Shown piece by piece: positions 11,801 through 24,814 of a stretch of DNA of 64,000 nucleotides. Within the stretch, counting starts at the first letter, position 1. Each line of letters opens with the position of its first letter. Position numbers and translations under genes: made by a program. The notes beneath the pieces are model-generated. The model worked only from the letters and a program-made list of their open reading frames with translations, did no database searches and was not told the DNA's origin. The DNA comes from Lytechinus pictus (lineage: Eukaryota), in contig NC_087251.1 in the NCBI RefSeq assembly GCF_037042905.1, positions 34,350,001 through 34,414,000 on the forward strand, in the 5' to 3' direction.

Positions 11801-14800
11801 GAAGAGAGAGGGCGAGAGGGAGAGGGTGGGGGGAGATGGTGAGCCGCATAGAGAATTTGGATACTGAGTACAGAAGAAAGAAAAGAAAAGAACGTTGAGG
11901 AAAATGACATGAACAATGGCAGTGTATGTATTACATGTCTTATTTCAATGTATCAATGTATGTTATAGACTGTAAAGTATAAAGTAAAATGATATTTGTA
12001 ATTGTAGTTGAAAAATATGACATCATTAATACGTATGGCGCCATCGAGAAGGTTTTCAATTAAAGGCAGTATTATACGTGACCAATAACACGTGGGTGTA
12101 AACTTATTCAAAACCATAGAAAAGTGGTATTATATGTATAAAGAGATCAGAAATTGAACTCTTTGTCAAAAAAAATAATGGCCTGTATTCTGAAGTCCGG
12201 CTTATGGAAAGCCAAAGATATCAAAATACTATTAATATTGTATTTCTATTGTTTCCTCCATCATATTCACGAGCTTTAACGGTAAAGAAAACAGTTTTGG
12301 TCATTATTCTCAGACAAATATGAATGCTGATAAATTGGAGCTCTATCATGTGTACTGTGTCACAATTGGCCATCCATAGTTTAACCACAACTTCGGACAA
12401 GAGTTTTAAATAAATCCCGAGTTCAGAATCATTTATTTAAATGGGAGATCTTGCGACTGGGACTGAGTGCACTTCAAGTTGTAAAGATCGTTAAAAAATA
12501 TATAATTTCCTTACCTTCAATTTCTTCTTCCGTGAAATTTTCAGCCTGTAAAATAATAACAATGTGTGATTACATAACAAATGAAATTTGTTTCGTTTGT
12601 TATATTTAACACCTTTTTAAAAGAAATATCTATTTCATGCAGTATCCTATATAACCGTGCATTTTTTAAAATCAAAATTACTTCTTCACTTGAAGCATAT
12701 TCTGCAGTGTCACAAATACATATTATTGTGTAGTTGCAAATACATTTTTAAAGATGGTATTTATTCAGTACTTGACATTATTAGAGTAACTCATTAGCGC
12801 ACCCTCTAGTGCTCTCTATCTCTCTCTGTCTCTGTATCTATCCATCCATCCATCTATCTCTCTCTCTGTCTATCTATTTATCTATCTATCCATCCATCTA
12901 TTTATCTATCTATCTATCTCTCATTTATATATCTATCTATCTGCCTGTCTGTCAGTCCGTCCACCCGCCTATCTATCTATCTATCTTTTTTTCTTTCTGT
13001 CTATGTATCTGCATAACGACGGTCTGAGCTATTTTAGGGAAGTGGAGCCGCGATAACAATGATTTTTTATGACAGATTATGAAAAATCACATTCATTCAT
13101 TCATTCTTCTTCTTTTAAACGCGCCGACACGTGATGATTATGTCAATGGACCGAAAAACACGTTTTACAGAAATTGTGAACTATGGGATGTAAAAATGAT
13201 CCTTTGATGGTCATATTCTTAATATAAGGAAGTAAATTCGAGTCTTTGCACATGCATGCATGGGCTGTTGTACTGTCTATGTTTATACCAGGCGTATAAG
13301 AAGGGGAAGATGTATAAGAAGAAGGAGTATAGTAGGAGAAGAAGAAGAAGAAGAAAAGGAGGAGGAGAAGAAGAAGAATTAAGAAGAAGAAGAAGAGGAA
13401 GAGAAAAAAAGGAAGAGGAAGAAGATGGGGGAGATTAAGAAGAAGAAGGGGAGGGGAGAAAGACGAAGTAGTTTAGTAGAAGTAATTTTGTAAGCAATAG
13501 TACGTAGCATTAGTGGCTGGATCATTTACCTTCATCACCACCATCGTAATTGCATTCATTATCATTTCACTATATTGCAGGTGTATGCAGGTAATAGACT
13601 TCTCCTTTTCATCTTTGTGTGCAAGATGGTATTTGGATCGAACTTCCTAAAGACCAGCCAATGATTTAATATCTATTTTTCGGGTATGTTTCCCCGATTT
13701 TTCAACTATAGCGCCACATTTTTACACGCCACATTTTTCACAATCGTCATCCTAAAAAAAAATGGGGTTTAGGGTTTTCACGCTAAACAAAAAAATGATT
13801 TGAAGAGCACGATTTGATAACTATGAACGCACTAGAAAAGGTGCAAGGGTGCATGGCATTCTGAATTGATAAAACGAGGGTTGCGTGAAATAGGAAGCTA
13901 AGATAACAATTAACGAATATTCTTCAACAATAGAGCACCTTAACTCTTTCATGTACTACATAAATTATTCTTATAAGAGGTATAGGGAACGCTACAAGGT
14001 AAGGGACCGGGTGACCGCCCCTATATAATTTGTCAGGTACTGAAAAAAAGCAAAAATAGATATGCCTCGAAGTTCGTCATTTCCATGTGTTCTCTGATAT
14101 ACCTCGATCAGAAAATACCAGGTATTCTTCGTGTAACTCTATGCCCCCTGAGACACATGCGTCTGGTTTGAAGCCGGCTCGACATCGCTTTTGGGGCAGC
14201 CTTTATGCCTGCAATTGGAAGCCACCTGGGCCCCGTCTTACAAAGAGTTTCGATTGATCCGATCAATCACAACTATGGATGGTCAGCAACGGCAACATCT
14301 AAAATGCAAATTTGTTCAAAATATTTTCTAGATATGATGCATATTCATGCATTCCTCATTCTCTTGGAGATTCAGTTTGATTATCTTTGTTTACAAAGGA
14401 CACTGTGCACATTTCCTGGAGAAAAAATTATGACATTGATGGATTTCCATAATGTACTTCAGGTTAATCGGATCAATCGTAACTCTTTGTAAGACGGGAC
14501 CCTGGAGCAGGGGCGGCGGAGCGAAGTTGAAAGTGGGGGGCACAGGGAAAAAAGGGCACCTTTCCTATCAAAAATGGCACTATCTTCAAATAAAGAAAAA
14601 ATGACTCATTTACAGTGGTGTAATGAGCCTAAAATTTTAAGGGGGCTAGATATGTCGTATCATGTAAAATCTATAAGCTGCGAGCGAGCAAAAATTCTGA
14701 CATTTTTCAAACGAAAATCAAATTTTGTGATAGATTTTGACATAATGTGCAGAGAATATCATATTTTACCCTTCTATCTTTCCTTTCCTTTTCCCTTTTT

Positions 14801-17800
14801 TTCTTGGTCGTGAAAAAAGACATTGGGAAGGGGGAGCCCCCAAGCCTCCCCCAATCTGTACGCCACTTACATGACTCATGAATAAGGCACGTAGGATTAT
14901 TCTTACAAGTTTTTTCCCTTCATAAGTAGTAACATCTAAAAATGAGAATATTGTTTTCTTGTTTCACATGAAACGGATCCTTTTCGCAGGTACGTGCACA
15001 TGAAAGGGACACAGAACACTTTCGTGAGGGGAAATTTTCTTGGGTAAAAGGGGCACTGATACGAGAAAGCTAGGGCATCCAAAAGAAGGCAAATGGGCAC
15101 TTGCTAACCGCATAGAAAGGGTATGAAAGGGGCACAGAACACGTTCGTGAGGGGCATTTTTCTTGGGTAAACAGGGGCACTGATTCGAGAAAGGGCACTT
15201 ATAAGAAGGGAAGGGGCACTTGCTCACACATAAAACGGGTCGTTCTCAGGTGAAAGGGGCATAGAACACGGCCATGAGGGGGGATATATTTGTTAAAGAT
15301 TGGCACTGATACGAGAAATAGCACTTGCCATAACACATAAAACGGGTCATTCTTAAATGAAAGGGGTACGGAACACGTTCGAGGAGGGGGGTGGGCATTT
15401 TGGGGTAAAAATTGGCACTTATACGAGAAAGGGCATTTGGTAACGCCTAAAACGGGCCCTCCTTAGGTAAAAGGGGCATAGTACACGTTCGTGAAGGGGG
15501 GGGCATTTTTCTGGCGTAAAAGGGGGCACTTTTCAATGTTTTAAAAAGTGGGGGTGGGGGATCGCCGCCCCTGCCATGGAGATTATTATTATGTCCCTGT
15601 TAAACATGGTCGAGGCCTGCAATGTGTGTCTACACCTAAGGTCTGCCCCTAAGCCGGCTTCACGTCACACGAGTCACTTTACAAGTTTCGTTAGCCTTAA
15701 CTATTGCTCCTTAATTCTAGTTCGGTGGTCAAGCAGGGGTGACACGACATTTGCTCCTGCGGAAATTGCTCCGGGCTTAGTTTCGTCTAAGACGTAGGGT
15801 AAGGGTTAGGGTTGCAATAGGGTTTTATGTTAGGTTTAGGGTATAGGGCAAAGTTTAAAACCCATGGTTGTAGTTGGTCATTTTATTAGCGTGTGGAATT
15901 CGGAGCGGAGCAAATGTCGCCGGAGTAAATGTCATGGAATCAGAGGTGAAAAGGGGTTATTGCTACAATTAATGATATTCTATAAAGAAAAAAAAAACAT
16001 CTTTGAATAGCGTATTGTAACACATTGTGAAAGAGTGCACTGTCCCACATCATTTTCATTTCGTTATATATCTTCACGCTTGGTTGACCAGGTGGGTGTT
16101 TCATAAAGCTGTTCGTAAGTTAAGAGCGATTTTAAGAATGACTGGTGATCCTTTCTAATGGCAAATGGTATATTCATTAGCGATGGTTTTGCGCGTAAGA
16201 AAGGATCACCAGTCGTTCTTAAAGTCGCTCTTAACTTACGAACAGCTTTGTGAAACGGCTCCCAGGAGACACTGTAACAGCATCGGGATTTCTAAGTGGA
16301 GGGCAAAAAAAATTTGTTGGTGTAAGGGCGAACATGAAAAAATTATACCCATTATTTAGTTATTATTTTACAATTTGTTATGTCATTTTTGTTTAAATTT
16401 CTGGGGAGGGAAAGGGGTGGGCAAAATCCCCCATGCCCCCCTCCCCTCTTGATTCCACCACTGATTATTAATTGCAAGCCCGATGTTTACAGGCAGCTAT
16501 TATTTGAGCCTCGGCAGCCATCGGTCATTTGCACTTCTTTCATTTAGATTATTGAGTTTATTACAACGATATTTATTTGTAATTATTTGAATACTTATTA
16601 TATTACGGACTTTGATGTAAAATTCCAATTATCTAACTAAATATCACAATGGGAAGTCAATTCTAACATAATACCCCATTAAAAATTTGTTTTTTTAACA
16701 TCATTATGGATTTGTTTGAACTAAACAACGTGGTCAACTATATCGATTCCGATTTGATATTAAATTGGGACTGATTTTACAGAAAGGTTTCGAATGGGAC
16801 ATCACAAAATTTACATACCGTCTTCAGGAATGTTCAGAATGTTTTTGCAGGAAGGGCCTGATTATGCAATAACTTCACAGTAAGTTGGTAATTTTGACGG
16901 TTTAGAATATATTTTGTTATGTACTGAAAAAAATGAGGCTTAAGCCCCCAGACACCTTCCCATCTAGCGCACCCTCTTCTGGTGGTTTCACCATACCTGG
17001 TCTTAATATCTGACAGAGAAGCTGGGAATATACTGTTTGTACCCAAAGAATGACAGCATCAATTTACAGACAAGTCGATTTTTGCACTCTTGTAAGAATC
17101 AAGTCCACACAAACAAAACAATAATTTCAATATATATATAAATAAAAGGAATGACAAGAAATGCACTTAAAATTCTGTCGAAATCGCCAAAACCCTTTTA
17201 CTTTACATCAGATTTTGATGACATTTCTAGCGTTATTATATGCTCGTTGGAATTTTCTCAATTTATAAAAAAAAGCTAATCGATGACAATGATATTTCAA
17301 GCAGCACCTTATTACGTTCAATACTACTTTCTTTTTATTAAAAATTAACAGAAAGGGAAATGTAGTTCCAGATATCATTAGACAAACAAATCTTTGACGC
17401 ATTTCATTTCTCGTTCTTTTGGTAACTCGCATTTATGAAATGAAGAATACATTAAACAAAGCTTATGAAATGCCATACTCATAAAATACTAACATACATA
17501 CCATTTTCTGATAAGTTTCAGTGGCACAGTTGCAATCCTCAAATAATACAGTCGAATACTTTGACCTATACTTCAAACCAATCGGTAATCTTTGCTCTGC
17601 AAATAACTAACTTCAGATTTTTTTTATACTCGTGTGCAGCGTTCGATGGAGGACTTTGGGCAACATCTGTCCAGAATTATAATTAGAGAAGTCTATGAAA
17701 ACTGTAGCTATTGCTCATCATCACGGCTAATATAACATCGACAAACCCTTCTTTATATCATCATTTGATAATTGATCCGAGCATATATACCAGTAACTTT

Positions 17801-18107
17801 TTTACGATCAACCTCTGATCAATTTGCTGGTCCCATGTTGAGTGCCTAAATAACCCGAGTGCAGCGCAAATAGACCTCAACTATGACGAGAGAGAACTCT
17901 CGACAAAAGCTCTTATTTGTATATTCTCTTGATGCAACTGTTGTGCGACACACAATCGTCCAATTCAACAAAAAGAACATTGGCAAGGATCAGCCTAAGC
18001 TAGCAGCTGCAATATGAACTGAAAACTGACAAGATTCGTTAAACCCTATATATGTTTCATTCGAATTGCATTAATGCTCATTTTCATGAATGCATGGATT
18101 ATACCAT
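7351..18107 (-). CDS. Divergent calmodulin-like EF-hand protein, isoform A (about 176 aa)
   Basis: Exons on - strand: 12515-12545 (AENFTEEEIE, the 31-nt exon typical of calmodulin genes); 10093-10245 (AFKNAFQLLDREENGLVSFKKTGFLLRSVGENPSESKMNDIINDLHDANGF); 9381-9507 (ERGRWIDFTDFLLIMSKIRHEDEGNDLADVFKVFDKEGTGNMR); 8395-8510 (TDELKMVLEILQDDVIQDEIPEMLADFDLNGDGTIAFE); 7351-7451 (EFAAVMEFNKKRANAHKPSSEAGSTAGDAGKGK*). All splice sites are GT-AG and phases are compatible. The ATG-only first exon at 18105-18107 (GCCATG|GTATAA) is a candidate only. Confidence 0.88.
8055..8280. mobile_element. MITE with CACT...AGTG ends and TA flanks
   Basis: TA|CACTGTAAAATATT ... AATATTTTTTAGAGTG|TA. A second copy lies at ~36328-36545. 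Confidence 0.75.
11126..11434. mobile_element. PIF/Harbinger-type MITE
   Basis: Perfect TIR GGCCCGTATTCTGAAGTC with a 3-bp TSD AAT on both sides. A decayed copy lies at ~12180-12430. Confidence 0.85.
12810..12990. repeat. (TCTA/TCCA)n microsatellite
   Basis: Seen directly in the sequence. Confidence 0.9.
13295..13470. repeat. (GAA/GGA)n purine-rich microsatellite
   Basis: Seen directly in the sequence. Confidence 0.9.
14228..14502. mobile_element. MITE with GGGCCCCGTCTTACAAAGAGTT TIR
   Basis: Long imperfect TIRs. A second copy lies at ~51659-51910, downstream of the PAP stop codon. Confidence 0.85.
14508..15573. mobile_element. hAT-type non-autonomous element with internal ~115-bp AAGGGCAC repeats
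   Basis: TIR CAGGGGCGGCG with 8-bp flanks CCCTGGAG/CCATGGAG (7/8 match). A CAGTGGTGTA...TACGCCACT element is nested at ~14612-14870. Confidence 0.8.
15740..15940. mobile_element. MITE with internal degenerate TTAGGG repeats
   Basis: Inverted ends GACATTTGCTCC / GGAGCAAATGTC surround GGGTAAGGGTTAGGGTT. A decayed copy lies near 48715-48850. Confidence 0.7.
16091..16263. mobile_element. Palindromic MITE
   Basis: About 60-bp near-perfect inverted arms (TTTCATAAAGCTGTTCGTAAGTTAAGAGCGA...). A decayed relative lies at ~53040-53280. Confidence 0.85.
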
Positions 18108-18190
18108 GGCGACAAAGGTGCCGCGAAGCGTCCAAGATCCCTTTTCGTCCAGGGCTCTGTTTGCCCCGAGGACCACTGCCAGTATATAAG
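18108..18190 (-). promoter_or_regulatory. Candidate TATA box and 5' UTR of the calmodulin-like gene
   Basis: On the - strand TTATATA (18183-18189) lies about 76 nt upstream of GCCATG|GT. Calmodulin-family genes typically have an intron directly after the ATG. Confidence 0.45.
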
Positions 18191-20032
18191 TTTGACATCA
18201 TGAGTGTACACAACAGCACTGCACGGCGGGGTGATGTGTATACAGTGAAAAGGGGATCAAAATTGCTAAAGCCAGGAAAATGGTATACTTTACAACCATG
18301 TAAACTGCATGAAAAGGGTTTATATTTCACCCAATCACAAAAAGAGAATATATGAGACATTATTTAGGATGGATAAATATATCATTCTTCAGGGTACAGC
18401 TGGGCTGACTCTGAGATGGGATATTTAGAAGGCCTACTATAAATTTCAGGATCCACCTTCTAACGACAGTGCCACCAGAACCTTTGTAAAGAGGTAACTC
18501 CCATTGTGAATTTTGTCATTCAACATCTGGTTTTCTTAAAATTCCCAGAATTTCAAAAACTTTTGGGAAAAGGTATGTTGATAATTATGGAGTCTCTGAG
18601 CAGTTGCAAGACACTAAAATATATTAAATCACAGTTTAAAAGAAATATCCATCTTGCAGTGCATGGGAAATAAGCATATTTCCTCTGCTGAAATAATATT
18701 TGACCTGCCAATCCAATACCAACACTAAGTCGCCCGTAAAGAATTTCGAGATTTTTATTGATTGAACTTGAAAAGCACATTCTAAGCTTTAAAATGATTG
18801 ATAACATGTCAAAATTGATCAACAATAACTAACACAAATACTTGGTTGGATGTAGGAGAATGTCACTGAGAGCTCTACTAATAATGTGTATGGGATCTAA
18901 ATATGCAAGGTTTGAAGGTCGACATTTACTCGAGCATGAATTTTTAGGCCCTACGTGTAATTTAATGAAACTTCTAAGCAGTCTGGGAAAGTGGTGTCAA
19001 AGAAACTCTTGTATCCTATCTTAAACTTTACAGCTTCAAATTTTGACAGTATGAAGGGAAACAATTACTCTTTCAGAGAAGTTTATTTCTGTATTTTTAC
19101 GTTTTGAAAACCAAATGATTGTTTTAACTAATAACGGAAATTTTCCTGCCGAATCATTGTTGGTTTTGGAGTGGATGGTCACAATTATGGATTGGGATAT
19201 CAAAACATTTTTTTAGATGGAGTAACTTCGGAACTTTTGATCGCTTCCATGTTTTTATTGTCTATTGGATATATTCAACTACGCCAAAATTTATGTATAT
19301 ATTTCTTTGAAAACTTTTAGCTCCTTTTAAGTTTTATGCGAAAAAATATCAAAAGCGTAAGTTGTATGAAATCATACCATGCACTCACTCAACCTATAAT
19401 ATAAATGCTTGTTTGCTAATATCTAAATCTGACGAGCTCGAAAAATAACTTAAAATTTGACGTTTTCCCCCACATGTTTACATTTTTTATTCTGGGTTGC
19501 ACTGGTTTCTTCGGAGTATAAAAAATAGTATAGATTGTTAAATCCTTTTATTAGAATCCTTCATTGTTCATTGAAAAAGCATGAACTTCCAAAGCAGCCT
19601 TCCCAAACTCGTAAAGGGTCAAAACATTTCTTTTCAATGACCTTTACCTCGAATCTAAAGATTGTCATATAAAAGAGCGTGGAATTGTGACAATGGGTCG
19701 AAGAATTCTTTTTGACAAGTCCTTTTCACTGTTCACAACGTAAATAACCATACATGACTGATAAAACCTGTATCCCCCAGGGGGGTGGGGGGCTTGGAAT
19801 GATTTTTAAAGAGGGGCGCTGTTTGACAAGCAAATAAAGGATGTTGATGCAAAATGAAGCTGATTTTTTTCAAGAAAGGGTTGAAAAACAAAATAAAAAA
19901 GGTTTTCACTTTCAAATGAAGATGATTTTGTGATTATGGTAAAAAAATGACAAGGAAAAAGAAGGGGGTCGATCCTAAATAAAAGTGATATTGCGTCAAA
20001 TTTCTACATTATATCATACCAACTTAATTTCC

Positions 20033-23000
20033 GGGGTGCTACCCACCCCCAGAGAAACATTCCCACGGGCACCCCGCAGCACCGCAGAGACTTGGGGATG
20101 ACCGCCCTCTTTGATTTACCCAAAAAGTGAAAATGTGCATGGAGAGAAAAGGGGAATGGGAAGAAAGAACAAAAAAAGAGTATAAAAATAGAGGTCCGGG
20201 TGTGTAACCCAATAGATACCCATGTTGTTGGGAAGCGGGGTTGCTATAGGGGTGCAGAAGCACCCCCAAAATTTTCCTGGGGTGCTGCGTGTATTCTCCA
20301 TCGGCAAAACACCTCCTGGAATTCTGGTAGGTATGACAAAATGGATAAAATGTATCGAAACTGACCTACATTTTGTATTGAACCTCCCCCCCTTTTTTTT
20401 TTGCTTGTCAAATTTCTCCAGACCAAACGACCTTTGTTTTGTCGTGAAACCCTTTTTTTGTCAAATTTCTCGAGACCAAAAAAACCTTTATTTTGTAATG
20501 ACCCTGTTACACCCACAAATGTAATAATCGCCCACAAATGTAATAACGCCCACAAATGTAATAACACTTTACCCACAAATGTAATAACACTTTACCCACA
20601 AATGTAATAATTTCACCCACAAATGTAATAATGCACTTTACCCACAAATGTAATAATGCACTTTACCCACAAATGTAATAATTTTTGATCGCCCACAAAT
20701 GTAATAATGACTTTACCCACAAATGTAATAAATTTGAAGGGATTTTTGGCGAATCCGTTCTAAACTAAAATCCTATAGTAATACGTTCATATAGCACAAA
20801 CGTGCAAAGTCTTTTTTCCAGACCCGGTTAATTCAAAAATTAAAATATAAGTCCAAAGTCTTTTTTCCAGACCTGGTTATTTCAAAAATTATAATTTAAG
20901 TCCAAACTAAGATACGATAATGATATTCCAGTGGAATAAAAATGAGAATCGAGCTTAGTCTTTTCTCAAAACCCAGTTAATTAAAACTGGTGGAATGAAT
21001 GTCTTTGTTGTTGTTTTAACTTATACGGCGCGTATTGTGAATATATGCGCTAAGAGTAAATTGAGAATCATGCATAGTCTTTTCTCCAGACCCGGTAACT
21101 AAAAACTAAAACCTTATAGTAATGCGTTCATATAGCACAAAAGTGCAAAGTCTTTTTCCAGACCCGGTTAATTCAAAATTATAATATAAGTCCAAACTCT
21201 TTTTTCCAGACCCAGTTGTTTCAAATATTATAATATAAGTCCAAAGTCTTTTTTCCAGACCATGTTATTTCAAAAATTGTATTATAAGTCCAAACTAAGA
21301 TACGATAATGATATTCCAATGGAATAAAAATAAGAATCAAGTTTAGTCTTTTCTCCAGACCCAGTTAATTAAAACTGGTGGAATAAATGTCTTTGTTGTT
21401 GTTTTAACTTATACGGCGCGTATTGTGAATATATGCGCTAAGAGTAAATTGAGAATCAAGCGTAGTCTTTTCTCCAGACCCGGTTACTTAAAACTAAAAA
21501 TTAAAACCCTTTACCCACAAATGTAATAATTTCACCCACAATTAATGTGACAATGCACTTTACCCACAAATATAATAATTTTTGATTGCCCACAAATGTA
21601 ATAATGACATTACCCACAAATGTTATAAATTTAAAGGAATCTGTTCTAAACTAAAACCCTATAGTAATGCATTCATATAGCGCAAAGTCACAGTCTTTTT
21701 TCTCCAGACCCGGTTTTATAAAACATTTAAACAATCTTCCAAATTAAAATCCCAAAATTAATTCTTTTTAATGTTGAATAACATAGAAGTTTAGGGTAGT
21801 CTTTCCTCCAGATCCAAATATTTCAAATAGCAAATAAAAAATAATAATAAAAAAAAACAAAGACCCCACGATCTTATTAATGTTGAACAAAATGTAAATT
21901 TAGTCTTTCCTCCAGACCCATTTATAAAAAAATCATTCAAAAACAAAACAACAACAACCAAAAACAGACCCCGCAATCTTTTCAACATTGAATAGCATCG
22001 AAATATGGTGTAGTCTTTGTTTCAGCCCCGGTTATTTCAAATAGGAAATTATAAAGAACAATATTAACAAAGACCCACAATCCAATTGATGTTGAATAAC
22101 GTTGTTGTTTTAGCTTATACGGCGCGTATCATTCAGTAGTGAATATTTGCGCCAGACTTGAAAATATAGCGTAGTCTTTCTTCAAGACCCAGTTATTTTA
22201 AAATAACAAATCATAAAAAGGATATATAATAATAATAAAACAAAGCCCCCACAATCTTACTGATGTTGAAAAATATGGAAATATAGCGTAGTCTTTCCTC
22301 CAGACCCAGTTATAAAGATCATTAAAAAACAACAACAAAACAAAGACCCTGCAATCTTATCAACATTGGATAGCATGGAAATATGGTGTAGTCTTTGCTT
22401 CAGACCCAGTTATTTGAAAATAGGAAATTATAAGGAACAATAAAAACAAACAAACAATATTAACAAAGACCCCACAATATCATTGATATAGAATAACATT
22501 GTTGTTGTTGTTATCTTGGGCTTTAAGGCACGTATCATTCAGATATGAATATTTACGCCTATGATTAATTTGTCGTTTTTGTGGTATGCGTTATCACAGG
22601 GTTTTTATAGTTTGGAAAATGCTGGGGTCTAAGATTAATGTTTCGCTTAATTTGTATTTTAAGAGAACTGGGTGTGGGGTAAAGACAACGCTCTAAAACC
22701 AACCATTTTAACTGGGTTTAATTTTGAAGATTGGTTTTCGCTTTGATTTTTTAAAAATATTTGTTTATCTTTTAAATAACCGGGTCTAGACGAAGGACTA
22801 AGCATAATACTCGTGTTATTCCACAGTAATAAGAATATGACAAAGCCTTATGTTTTTAAGATTGTTCAAATTATTTTTTGAATGACTGGGTCTGGAATAA
22901 AGACCACGCTCTAAACATGTGCTTTTCTACATGGTCTTAATTTGGAGGATTGTTGGTTCTTAGATTCGTTGTTGGGGGTTGGGTTTTATTGTTTTTTTAT

Positions 23001-24814
23001 TCTTGAAATAACTGTGTCTGGAGGAAAGTCTACAATCGATCTTCATGTTATTCCACAATAATTAGATTATTGGGTATTCGTTTTAGAATATTTGTAAAAA
23101 CTATTTTTTTTTTCCAAATAATAACCAAGTCTGGAGAAAGGATGTTTGCTTTACCCATGCATTATTTCAATGGTTTGTAGGGGTCTTAGTATTATTTTTA
23201 AAAAAAATTGCGTCTGGGGTATAGACATATTCTTTTTACTGGGTGTAACATTCGAAGATTAGTCTTAGATTTGAAGTTTCTTAAATCCATTTTTTAAATA
23301 ACCGGGTCTGGGGGAAAGAGTACGATTTAAAGCTCATGTTATTCCACAAGAATACGAATAAGATAGGGTCTTACGTTAGAAGATTTTTTTTGGTATTTTT
23401 TTTAATGATTAGGTCTTGAATAAAGACAACGCTCTGAACCTCTTTTTAAAACAGGTTCTTAGGTGGAAGAATTGTTTGGTCTTAGATTTTGAATTAATTT
23501 ATTATTACTATTAGCGTTATTTTGAGAAAAAAAATAACTGGGTCTGGCTAAAAGGCTACGCTATATGTCCATTTTAGCCATCATTTTTATGAGATTATTG
23601 GGTCTTTATACTGTTTTTGTTGTTGTATTGATATTTATAATTTTGGAATAACAGGGTTTAGAGAAAAGACTAAGCTCGATTTTCATTTTTATTCCACTGG
23701 AATATCATTATGGTATTTTAGTTTGGACTTATATTATAATTTTTGAAACAACCGGGTCTGGAAAAAAGACTTTGGAACTATATTATAATTTTTGAGACAA
23801 CCAGGTCTGGAAAAAAGACTTTGAACTTATATTATAATCTTTGAATTAACCAGGTCTGGAAAAAAGACTTTGCACTTTTATGCTATATGAACGCATTACT
23901 ATAGGGTTTTAGTTTTTAGTTTTAAGTAACCGGGTCTGGAGAAAAGACTACGCTTAGTTCTCAATTTACTCTTAGTGCATATATTCACAATATGCGCCGT
24001 ATAAGTTAAAACAACAACAAAGACATTTATTCCAACAGTTTTAATTAACTGGGTCTGGAGGAAAGACTAAGCTCGATTCTCATTTTCATTCCACTGGAAT
24101 TTCATTATCGTATCTTAGTTTGGACTTATACTATAATTTTTTTAATAACTGGGTCTGGAAAAAAGACTTTGGACTTGAATTATAATTTTTGAAACAACCG
24201 GGTCTGGAAAAAAGACTTTTGACTGATATAATAATTTTTGAATTAACCGGGTCTGGAAAAAGACTTTGGACTTATGTTATAATTTAAAAAAAAAACCGGG
24301 TCTGGAAAAAAGACTTTGGACTTATATTATAATTTTTTAATTAACCGGGTCTGGAAAAAGACTTTGGACTTATATCATAATTTTTGAAAAAACCGGGTCT
24401 GGAAAAAAGACTTTGGACTTATATTATAAATTTTGAATTAACCGGGTCTGGAAAAAAAAGACTTTGCACTTTTGTGCTATATGAACGCATTACTATACGA
24501 TTTTGGTCTAGAACGGATTCGCCAAAATCCCTTCAAATTTATTACATTTGTGGGTAAAGTCATTATTACATTTGTGGGCGATCAAAAATTATTACATTTG
24601 TGGGTAAAGTGCATTATTACATTTGTGGGTGAAATTATTACATTTGTGGGTAAAGTGTTATTACATTTGTGGGCGTTATTACATTTGTGGGTAAAGTGTT
24701 ATTACATTTGTGGGCGTTATTACATTTGTGGGTGCAACAGACCCCCCCCTTTTTTTTTCTTTGCTTGTCAAATTAATTTACATCAGCACCTGTAAAAAAA
24801 ATCGGTAGTACCCC
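20033..24814. mobile_element. Host MITE interrupted by the foldback element
   Basis: TIR GGGGTGCTACC / GGTAGTACCCC. The TTTTTGCTTGTCAAAT unit continues on both sides of the insertion. Confidence 0.65.
20505..24739. mobile_element. 4.2-kb foldback-type non-autonomous DNA transposon (TGT...ACA ends, 5-bp TSD GACCC)
   Basis: Ends are TGTTACACCCACAAATGTAATAA and TTATTACATTTGTGGGTGCAACA, with GACCC at 20500-20504 and 24740-24744. Arrays of CCCACAAATGTAATAA and ~45-bp CCAGACCC units switch orientation near 22600. No transposase ORF is present. Confidence 0.9.

Noticed and set aside
15795..15845. Interstitial telomere
   Set aside because: It is only a few degenerate TTAGGG units inside a MITE that recurs near 48750.
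13530..16990. Other first-exon candidates for the calmodulin-like gene (ATGGTGGTGATGAAG|GTAAAT near 13530; GAAGACG|GTATGT near 16819; ATG|GTGAAA near 16990)
   Set aside because: They are not excluded, but they lack the TATA plus GCCATG context of the 18105-18107 candidate. Transcript data are needed.
20505..20730. CCCACAAATGTAATAA repeats with variable spacers as a CRISPR array
   Set aside because: The spacers are only 2-10 nt and recur, and the array is mirrored at the other end of a eukaryotic transposon.
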